From positions 1 through 33,484 of the forward strand of contig JBEULP010000113.1 of NCBI GenBank assembly GCA_041287245.1: a DNA stretch of 33,484 bases. The letters are read 5' to 3'. Positions within the stretch are counted from its first letter, which is position 1. Each line of letters starts with the position of its first letter. The position numbers and the translations under genes are program-made. Of the stretch, positions 26,690 through 33,484 are shown in pieces. Below the pieces are notes generated by a model, which was not told the DNA's origin, did no database searches, and worked only from the letters and a program-made list of their open reading frames with translations. This DNA is from Infirmifilum sp. (GTDB lineage Archaea; Thermoproteota; Thermoprotei; Thermofilales; Thermofilaceae).

Positions 26690-27625
26690 TCACCTGAACT
26701 CTGTGTACTCGCTTGCAGACGCTACTAGCGTTGCTGACCTAGTGAAGGCTGGCAGCGCAGCGGCTGCCCCCACAGCTAACCCGCCTATCACCGCTAGAAA
26801 GCCCCCATTTACGAGCCATGCATATGCTAGCCCACCAGCCAATCCAAGGAGAAGAGTTAGAGAGGAATAGGCCGCAAGCGAGATTCTCCCTTTTGCGGTC
26901 TGGGGGTACTCTGTCCTTATCACGACGCCGCTGGCGCCGTCGACCATTGCTCTAAAGGGACGCCCCTTATACGTGTACTCGAGAATCCATATCGGGTAGT
27001 GGACAAGCCCCCTGTACTCGAGCTTCTTCTGTACAACAACCAGGGATTGTAGGCTGCTAAAGCTCTCTGCGGCTTCAAGCCTGATCTTATACATGAACAT
27101 AGAGTCGGCTTTCCTCTCAGCGTCGCTCCTAGAGATGGTAGGGTTGAAGAAACGCCCCTTGGAGGTTATCTCAGGGGTAAAAGGCAGCTTTCCACGGATT
27201 GAGAAAGGATATCTTTCAAGGACAGAGTCGAGTTCTGTTCCAGAAGCAGGTATTGAAACCAGACCAGTCTCGGTTATCTCAGACGTCTGCTCGCCATACA
27301 CGCGACTGTACCCGCTGGCCTTTGCTTTGTAGTCTCCGAAGAAGAAGTAGACGGGAACCCAGTGGAGGTCTCTCCTAGAAACCGCGAAGTTCGACCGGAG
27401 GTCAAGAGGCACACCATACTGCCTTGAAACGAACTTCAAGAGCCTCTCAAAGGGGTCTAGGGACTCGTCCAGTGGAAAGTAGTAGTGCTCCTCCTCAGGC
27501 TGGACCCCTTGGATAGTAAACACGGAGAAACAGTAGGGGCAGGTGACGCGTGAAGCAGTGGCAGGAACGGTAAACCTGGCCCCGCAGTGTGGGCATGTAA
27601 CCTCTACTTCCCCTCCAGCGCTCAC
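26690..27625 (-). CDS. Zinc-ribbon membrane protein (YdjG-like)
   Basis: CPHCGA...CPYC; HYPIWILEYTYKG..F..MVDGASG; two C-terminal TM helices. Confidence 0.75.
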   Translation of the reverse strand: MSAGGEVEVTCPHCGARFTVPATASRVTCPYCFSVFTIQGVQPEEEHYYFPLDESLDPFERLLKFVSRQYGVPLDLRSNFAVSRRDLHWVPVYFFFGDYKAKASGYSRVYGEQTSEITETGLVSIPASGTELDSVLERYPFSIRGKLPFTPEITSKGRFFNPTISRSDAERKADSMFMYKIRLEAAESFSSLQSLVVVQKKLEYRGLVHYPIWILEYTYKGRPFRAMVDGASGVVIRTEYPQTAKGRISLAAYSSLTLLLGLAGGLAYAWLVNGGFLAVIGGLAVGAAAALPAFTRSATLVASASEYTEFR

Positions 27626-28584
27626 AGCTTCTCCACCCTCGCCGAGGCGATAGCACTATTAGTTACAGAGTAGGCAGCCAGGGATAGCAGCCCAAGGAAG
27701 ACAACGGAGGCTTCAAGGCTCGTCAAGGAGGCTGTCGCTGCGAAAAGGGGTCCTGAGATGGCTGACAGTAGGAGGCCAGTCGAAAACCTTAGAAGTCTCT
27801 CAGCAGCCGTGATAGGCTCGGAGCGGTAAACGCAGGTCCCATCGTAGCCGTCGAGTACCATGGTGTAAGTAGAGTCCTCCACAGCGTAGGTTATCGTCCA
27901 GACAGGGACGTAGAGTAGGGTCAGCCCCCCAATAGAGTCGACCCGGGCTGAGAAGTAGTCTATGCCCTGGCCCCTAGACCTATACTCCTCCCGGAGAGAG
28001 TCTATAAACTTATCCACTAGGACACTAGAAGCCTCCTGTCTGCCAATCTCCACGCCGAGGAAGTCGAGCTTTATCTTCTCCCACTCGAAATCCTCCTGCA
28101 AGGGGGATATCTTGTCACTTTTTTTAACCGTGTAGCTTGCAAGCGCATCCTTAAACGGCTCGGAGGGTACGCGGCGTCGAGCAGGTAGAAAAACGTTTCG
28201 GGAGACTTCCCGAGTCTCATGTAGGTAGACCTCCCGGGCCACCATACGGTTGCCACGTTGCTCCCACCTCGTCGTGTGCCACGCTGCCGTAACTGTTGCC
28301 TTTAGAGTCGTATACCACGCTGGAAAATAAACGCCTGAAATCTCTAAGACCTCAACAGAGGAGATCTTAGAGAGCTGCGGGTCGCTCCTAACTATCTCCA
28401 TGAACTTGTTCTCGATAGCGTTTCTAGGCTGTGTCGGCACAACATAGACGTGTTCACTTTGAAAATCCCCTCCAATTATATTGGGGTAGCCACAGTAGTC
28501 GCAAACCTTGATTAGTGACTCCGGGTCTACTGTTAAAGGAGCGCCGCACCTTTTACACTTTAACGACTCGACAATAGCACCCAC
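27622..28584 (-). CDS. Zinc-ribbon membrane protein (YdjG-like), paralogue of the downstream gene
   Basis: CKRCGA...CDYCG; VYFPAW; YVPVWTITY...Y..VLDGYDG; two C-terminal TM helices; ATGA overlap with the next gene. Confidence 0.75.
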   Translation of the reverse strand: MGAIVESLKCKRCGAPLTVDPESLIKVCDYCGYPNIIGGDFQSEHVYVVPTQPRNAIENKFMEIVRSDPQLSKISSVEVLEISGVYFPAWYTTLKATVTAAWHTTRWEQRGNRMVAREVYLHETREVSRNVFLPARRRVPSEPFKDALASYTVKKSDKISPLQEDFEWEKIKLDFLGVEIGRQEASSVLVDKFIDSLREEYRSRGQGIDYFSARVDSIGGLTLLYVPVWTITYAVEDSTYTMVLDGYDGTCVYRSEPITAAERLLRFSTGLLLSAISGPLFAATASLTSLEASVVFLGLLSLAAYSVTNSAIASARVEKL

Positions 28585-28665
28585 GCTTTCATTTCTCAGG
28601 TTACAGCCTTAAGGCTTTCGCCACCCAGAAAGCACGTGGGGCACGTTAGGTTAAGCGAGCGCACG

Positions 28666-29709
28666 CTAAGGCGGAGCTTCCTCGCTTATATCATACACAG
28701 CCCAGTTGCCGCTGCGCGAGGGCGTGTGTATCGACTCGTATAAAGGCTGGAGGTTATAGGGGTTTTCCTGGAAGGCTGGGCCAAAAGGAGGCGTGTACTC
28801 CATGATCTTCAACGTCAACGCCCCTTTTACCTTGAAATCTGCTATCAGGTCACTCTCCCTTAAAACGTTAAAGAGCTCCCAAAGCTCTCTTCCCTGTAAA
28901 TACGTCAACACATAGACTTTATCCTCAGGTAATGAAAACGTCTCTCGTATCATAGGGTGAGTCGACAAGGCCCACGAAACCTGCTCAGCCATCCCAGGCG
29001 AAGTTGAAACCTCCAGGAAGAGGCCGGCCACCCTGTAGCTGTAAAACCTGGGTGTCAACGCGTTGAAGATGTGGAAGGGTTGGACGTGCTGTGTATAGTG
29101 ATAGCTAGCCGTCTGCTGTCTTATCCCCATCTTCCTAGCCTCCCTTGAGAGGCTTACAAAGGGATCCCGGGTGATTTCAGCCATGATCCAAAGGTCTATA
29201 GGGTCAGGCCTCTGCTCTATTGTGGGCTCCAGCCTCGGGATAAACCCGCTCTCCATAGCCTTCACAACAGAGTCTAACCCCAGTACGAGAGTGCCTTTTT
29301 GCAGGGTAAGTTCGCTCGAATAATCAGGCCTCCAGACAAACTTTCTCACCGGAAGAACCTCGTCGACCCTAAGGATGTCTGCCGTCTCCTCCCTCATCCC
29401 CCTTGGGGAGAGAACGAGGAGATAGGTAACCGCTTTATTCTTGCCTGTGGAAACAGGTATTTTTTCAAGGATGAAGGGAAGGGGCCTCGAGAATAACGCT
29501 GGGTCAAACTCCTTTTCTACCAAGAGTAGCTCGTACCCGAACCCCTCCAGATAAAAGTTCCCCCTGATGAGAAACTTTTCACTGAGCCTTTGGAGGACTC
29601 TACGCACGCTTGACAAGCTTATCCTAGCAGCGCGCGATACATCTGTAAAGTCTTTCGCTGATGGAAGGCTTTTCAAAACTTCAAACTCGATCCCTTTTAG
29701 CCGGAACAC
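28666..29709 (-). CDS. Putative transcriptional regulator with two HTH modules (tandem Lrp/AsnC-like)
   Basis: HTH1 DFTDVSRAARISLSSVRRVLQRL; HTH2 DPIDLWIMAEITRDPFVSLSREARKMGIRQQTASYHY; each is followed by an alpha/beta domain. Confidence 0.65.
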   Translation of the reverse strand: MFRLKGIEFEVLKSLPSAKDFTDVSRAARISLSSVRRVLQRLSEKFLIRGNFYLEGFGYELLLVEKEFDPALFSRPLPFILEKIPVSTGKNKAVTYLLVLSPRGMREETADILRVDEVLPVRKFVWRPDYSSELTLQKGTLVLGLDSVVKAMESGFIPRLEPTIEQRPDPIDLWIMAEITRDPFVSLSREARKMGIRQQTASYHYTQHVQPFHIFNALTPRFYSYRVAGLFLEVSTSPGMAEQVSWALSTHPMIRETFSLPEDKVYVLTYLQGRELWELFNVLRESDLIADFKVKGALTLKIMEYTPPFGPAFQENPYNLQPLYESIHTPSRSGNWAVYDISEEAPP

Positions 29710-29812
29710 CCTACTCAGATGATGTTAGAACGTCCTCGATAAAACATTTACCCTAGTATTTCCCTCCCATACCTACACGGAGAGCCGTTCTCAGGGGCGA
29801 TATAGAGATATT

Positions 29813-29828
29813 TTCACGCGCGCGTGAA
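29813..29828. repeat. Perfect 16-bp palindrome, candidate operator
   Basis: TTCACGCGCGCGTGAA in the intergenic region about 100 bp upstream of the regulator gene. Confidence 0.5.
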
Positions 29829-29848
29829 CATTCCAGTGGCAGCGGAGA

Positions 29849-30379
29849 TTAACTAACAGTAGCTTGTATCTCCTCTATTAACGAGAGAGGCGTATATTTT
29901 CCACTCTCAAAATAAAGCCTGGGGAGAAGCACGGCAATCGCCTTGAAGACATCCCTATTCTTCTGTTGAAGCTCACGTAGGAGGCGTAAAGTCTCCGACG
30001 CCTCTCGCAGGATCTCCTCAGCCGTCTTCGAGTTACTCCAGTCATATAAAGCATAGAGAATCGCGCCGACCAGCCTGCCGCTATCCAGCTCTGGGAAGAG
30101 CGAGTACGGCTTCAGAGTCTTAGCTATCTCTACGGTGTACTCGACGAGTCCCTCACCGTACTCTGTAAGCACTATTTCTCCTTCCTTCTCAACTATAAAT
30201 CCACGATTACGAAGGCCCTCCGCTATAATGTAGGGAGCGTCCAGGCTAAAGCCTATACCTTGTATAACACCTCCTCTAGAAGCACGCAAACCACGCCTCC
30301 TCGCCTCCTCAACCAACCTGTCAACCAGTTGTTCAAGGGCTTTTTCTCCAGCCTGTTTCAACCCGTATTCCACAGTCAT
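29849..30379 (-). CDS. Hypothetical protein with a winged-helix-like N-terminal half
   Basis: 176 aa with normal composition; GLRNRGFIVEKEGEIVLTEYG resembles a wing motif; divergent from radA. Confidence 0.65.
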   Translation of the reverse strand: MTVEYGLKQAGEKALEQLVDRLVEEARRRGLRASRGGVIQGIGFSLDAPYIIAEGLRNRGFIVEKEGEIVLTEYGEGLVEYTVEIAKTLKPYSLFPELDSGRLVGAILYALYDWSNSKTAEEILREASETLRLLRELQQKNRDVFKAIAVLLPRLYFESGKYTPLSLIEEIQATVS

Positions 30380-30480
30380 ACTATATGAAAATCGCGAGTC
30401 TACTTAAGCCTGTCGAAACCATAACCAATACTCTCTTCCCTCTACGCTTGCGTTTTTCACTTTCACCATACTTGTCAGGC

Positions 30481-30491
30481 AACCTTTAAAT
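30481..30491 (+). promoter_or_regulatory. radA TATA box
   Basis: AACCTTTAAAT about 30 nt upstream of ATG 30520. Confidence 0.5.
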
Positions 30492-30519
30492 AGCGTTTTT
30501 ACGCATTTCTCCTCGGGGT

Positions 30520-31602
30520 ATGCTGGCGATGCCGAAGAAGTCTAAGGAGAAGGAAGAAGAGATGGAGAAATCAGAGGCTAACGGCATTGGCGACGAGATC
30601 GCAGAGGAGATGATTAGCCAAGAGGAGTACACAAACGAGGGCTCCGAAGAGCTTGAAGAGGGAGAAGTTAGGTTCGAAGACCTCGAAGGTGTTGGGCGCA
30701 TCACCGCCCAGAAGCTCCGCGCCGCCGGCTACTACTCGATTAAGGATCTAGCTTTCGCCTCAGCCCACGAGCTAGCCGTGATCCTGGGCTCTGAGGAGCG
30801 TGCGATGGCTATCATAAGGGCGGCGCAGAAGCTGATAAGCCGCGGCGAGGAGTTTATAACTGCCAAGGAACTCTTCGAGAAGAGGAAAAACGTAGAGTAT
30901 ATTAGTACAGGGGTGAAAAGCCTAGACGACCTCCTGGAGGGAGGAATTGAGGTTGGAAGCCTGACCGAGTTGATCGGCGAGTTCGGGGCTGGGAAGACGC
31001 AGCTTTGCCACCAGCTAAGCGTGATCGTCCAGCTCCCCAAGGAGATGGGAGGCCTGAGCGCAAAGGCGCTCTACATCGACACCGAGGGGACGTTTAGGCC
31101 TGAGAGGGTGATACAGATAGCGAGGGCTAAGGGCGTTGAACCTGAAAAGGTGTTGGAGAACATTATTTATGCTAGGGCGTATAACAGCGACCACCAGATG
31201 CTCCTCGTAGACGAGGCTAAAAAGTACATTGAAAAAGACAAGATCAAGCTAATAGTCGTCGACAGCCTAATCAACCACTTCAGGTCGGAGTACCCTGGGA
31301 GGGAGAACCTCGCCTCCCGGCAACAGAAGCTCAACAGACATATCAGCCAGCTCCACAAGCTCGCGAGCCTATACAACCTCGCGGTAGTCGTGACCAACCA
31401 GGTTATGGCCGCGCCCGACATTTTCTTCGGCAACCCCCTCAAGCCTGCAGGCGGCAACATAATGGCGCACGGCTTCACCTATAGAATATGGCTCCGTAAG
31501 GCCAAGGAAGGCAAGAGAATAGCTAGGATAATCGACAGCCCGATGCACGCGGAAAAAGAAGCCGCATTCGCGATCACAGAGGATGGAGTCATAGACATAT
31601 AG
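30520..31602 (+). CDS. radA: DNA repair and recombination protein RadA
   Basis: Hh[17 protein letters not shown] polymerisation motif; [44 protein letters not shown]. No intein. Confidence 0.97.
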   Translation: MLAMPKKSKEKEEEMEKSEANGIGDEIAEEMISQEEYTNEGSEELEEGEVRFEDLEGVGRITAQKLRAAGYYSIKDLAFASAHELAVILGSEERAMAIIRAAQKLISRGEEFITAKELFEKRKNVEYISTGVKSLDDLLEGGIEVGSLTELIGEFGAGKTQLCHQLSVIVQLPKEMGGLSAKALYIDTEGTFRPERVIQIARAKGVEPEKVLENIIYARAYNSDHQMLLVDEAKKYIEKDKIKLIVVDSLINHFRSEYPGRENLASRQQKLNRHISQLHKLASLYNLAVVVTNQVMAAPDIFFGNPLKPAGGNIMAHGFTYRIWLRKAKEGKRIARIIDSPMHAEKEAAFAITEDGVIDI

Positions 31603-31653
31603 ACGAGGAAGGTTTTTAAGGCTAAACAAGCATCTGGTTAACAGGCGGACAAC

Positions 31654-31983
31654 ATGGGAGGCGGAAAGAAAAGACCAACTGTCTCATCCCTTGAGAAGAG
31701 AACAAAAAAGACTTCCGAGGGTAAGAAAGAGGAAGCCGGGAAAAAACCCCAGATGAAGCTCTCGGGCACAACGGGAGAACTCACAGACGTTTCAATGGAA
31801 GCCGTGATAAAGGACATCAAAGGACTAAAATACCTGACCCCCTATATCCTCGCCTCAAGGCTTGGCTTGAAGCTCAGCCGCGCCAAACGCGTGTTAAGAG
31901 ATCTCGAAGCTCGCGGCATTCTCGTAGCTGTAGACAAGAACAGCCGAGTCCCCATCTACGCGCCAGCAGGCAAGAAATCATAA
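31654..31983 (+). CDS. rps25e: 30S ribosomal protein S25e (eS25)
   Basis: MGGGKKRPT Lys-rich N-terminus; YLTPYILASRLGLKLSRAKRVLRDLEARG...IY. TTTTTAA TATA box at 31613-31619. Confidence 0.92.
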   Translation: MGGGKKRPTVSSLEKRTKKTSEGKKEEAGKKPQMKLSGTTGELTDVSMEAVIKDIKGLKYLTPYILASRLGLKLSRAKRVLRDLEARGILVAVDKNSRVPIYAPAGKKS

Positions 31984-32004
31984 GCCGGTTACTCCCGCTC
32001 GCCC

Positions 32005-32748
32005 TTAGGCGAAAACATCGTATAGCGAAGTCTTTGAGTGTTTCTGCACATATAAATCGCGTATTACTTTACCCGCATTAATCACGTTATTCTCCGTTAA
32101 CTCGACAAGCCCCCTCCGGCGCAGCTCCAAAAGTATTTTCTCAGCCTTCTGCACACTCACCTCCTCACTCCTCATGTCCGAGAGAAACCTAAGCCGCCCC
32201 ACGCTCCAGTACCTCCCAAGGTATTTCACAGCCTTAGCAAAGTCCGGGTCGCCCAGCAAGTCCTCCAGGTCCGGGGCAAGGGAGGTTCCAGACTTCTGCT
32301 CCTCGGCTTGGGGAGGCGGCGTCTCAGGAGGCTTACTCGAGGGCTTTGACGGCTCCGAGGCCGGCTTCGCATTGTCTTCCTCCCCCTGGAGAAATCTTAA
32401 AAGGCTTTGAGAGGGAGGTGCTCGTTGCCTCTGCCTCGCCGGCTTTTTCGGGGGCGGCTGCTTTGCGTGCTTAGCCTCTTTCTTAGCGTATACGATGCGG
32501 GAGGGGATTTCAAGGTTAATGCTAGGCTCTATGGTGAACTGAGGCCCCTCACCCCTGAAATCCCCCGACTCGAGAAGCTCCTCCACAATCAGGTAAAGTG
32601 TTAGCTCTCCAATTCCCTCCCGCCGCGCCCAGTCTACCAGCTCCTGAGCTGACACCGCACCCCTATCCCTTATAAGGGAAGAGGCTTCTTCCTTGAGCCT
32701 GGTAAACTCGTCCACCAGCTTCACACTCACGCCAAGTACTATATACAC
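32005..32748 (-). CDS. Hypothetical protein: two winged-helix-like domains joined by a Pro/Lys/Gln-rich linker; start may be a downstream GTG
   Basis: N-terminal LIRDRGAVSAQELVDWA...IVEELLESG; linker KQPPPKKPARQ...PSKPSSKPPETPPPQ; C-terminal AEKILLELRRRGLVEL. Confidence 0.7.
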   Translation of the reverse strand: MYIVLGVSVKLVDEFTRLKEEASSLIRDRGAVSAQELVDWARREGIGELTLYLIVEELLESGDFRGEGPQFTIEPSINLEIPSRIVYAKKEAKHAKQPPPKKPARQRQRAPPSQSLLRFLQGEEDNAKPASEPSKPSSKPPETPPPQAEEQKSGTSLAPDLEDLLGDPDFAKAVKYLGRYWSVGRLRFLSDMRSEEVSVQKAEKILLELRRRGLVELTENNVINAGKVIRDLYVQKHSKTSLYDVFA

Positions 32749-33059
32749 GTAACTAGTTACAGCTGCATTTATCCGTACATCATACTGTTTCTTTTCTTTT
32801 TGCCTAAAATTTATTTATAATTTTCCCTAGAAACATATGTAATTATTTGAACTTATAACGTGACTCTACTTTAAGATTTATAACCACCTTATAGTGGGGC
32901 TTCTCCAAATGCCAAAAACCCGAGACGCCTATCCCCAAAACAACCTCGCAGAGACTCTTAAGGCTTCTTAATCCCCTTTCTAACTCTATAGATCTTTAAG
33001 CTGAGCCTCCTCAAAAATCCTAGTAAGCAGACAGCCGCTAGAACCTAACCTTTTAATTA

Positions 33060-33484
33060 CTATTTGTGGAAGATCCAGAAGCCTCTTTCTATTTCATGCA
33101 GTTTCAGAGCCTTCAGGAGCAACTCGACATCGTCGCTTGTAAGGACGCCAGTATGGAAGGCGACAGCTAGGTACGACGCCCCGTACACCAGGAAGCCCAA
33201 CGCAACCTTCAGAATAGTGTTGCCCACGACGCCTAGCGGGATTAAAGCTGGAACCACGGCGACCAGACCAGGAAGCAAGGGCCCTGTCGAGCGAGCCCAC
33301 ACCCCCGTCCTGAAAGCCATGTAGATTAGCGAGGCAGCCTGCGAAGCTACTATCGCGAGAGCCACTCCCTGCGACCTCAGAGCCAGCACTAGAGGATACA
33401 GAGCCGCCAGCTGTACGAGGCTCCCCAGAGCCGAGGCCTCAAGCACAGCCCTGTTAAGGCCCTTCGCTACCAGGTACTGCCCCA
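33060..33484 (-). CDS. C-terminal part of a polysaccharide/oligosaccharide flippase (Wzx/MOP family), truncated by the window edge
   Basis: The frame is open to the window end. QYLVAKG..RAVL..SALGSLVQL..LYPLV..L..QGVALA followed by several TM helices matches the polysaccharide-biosynthesis C-terminal pattern. Confidence 0.7.
   Translation of the reverse strand, partial: GQYLVAKGLNRAVLEASALGSLVQLAALYPLVLALRSQGVALAIVASQAASLIYMAFRTGVWARSTGPLLPGLVAVVPALIPLGVVGNTILKVALGFLVYGASYLAVAFHTGVLTSDDVELLLKALKLHEIERGFWIFHK

Noticed and set aside
32749..32760. 12-bp palindrome GTAACTAGTTAC
   Set aside because: It occurs once, and palindromes of this length are expected by chance in 33 kb.
1545..33324. Many short antisense or alternate-frame ORFs (e.g. 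8836-9318, 20992-21561, 7498-7920, 17651-18025)
   Set aside because: They lie inside well-supported genes and have the Ser/Pro/Arg-rich composition of shadow frames.
1..33484. CRISPR arrays, IS elements, integrases, tRNA/rRNA genes and inteins
   Set aside because: I saw no spaced direct repeats, transposase or integrase motifs, cloverleaf structures or intein insertions by eye. Small RNAs could have been missed without a covariance-model search.

Overview
This is a gene-dense archaeal chromosome segment of moderate GC. It most likely comes from a hyperthermophilic Thermoproteota member; Thermofilaceae-like is an inference from RadA, eS25, archaeal PheST, Dph6, TATA-box promoters and T-tract terminators. 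The left end is an alpha-glucan region: the tail of a probable secreted protein, a decayed ORF, a degenerate STAND-like ATPase-TPR protein and a large secreted GH57 enzyme. Next come an MtrA-like/thymidylate synthase/DUF4346 fusion, SufS, pheST, a HAD hydrolase, a Roadblock protein, a compact glucan phosphorylase and an Fe-ADH. A minus-strand run (MNT-HEPN, 5-formyl-THF cyclo-ligase-like, SurE, NTPase) faces HIT and Dph6. A corrinoid methyl-transfer module follows (RACo activator, corrinoid protein, UroD-fold methyltransferase), then a degenerate amidohydrolase and an ATP-cone protein. The right end holds two Zn-ribbon membrane paralogues with an SplB-like radical SAM gene, a double-HTH regulator, radA, rps25e, a double winged-helix protein and the end of a flippase gene. 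I recognised no rRNA, tRNA, CRISPR array or mobile element. The best candidate for a novel system is the O-demethylase-like corrinoid module that has no second methyltransferase in the window, possibly linked to the unusual thymidylate synthase. All family calls come from motif recognition by eye, not database searches.
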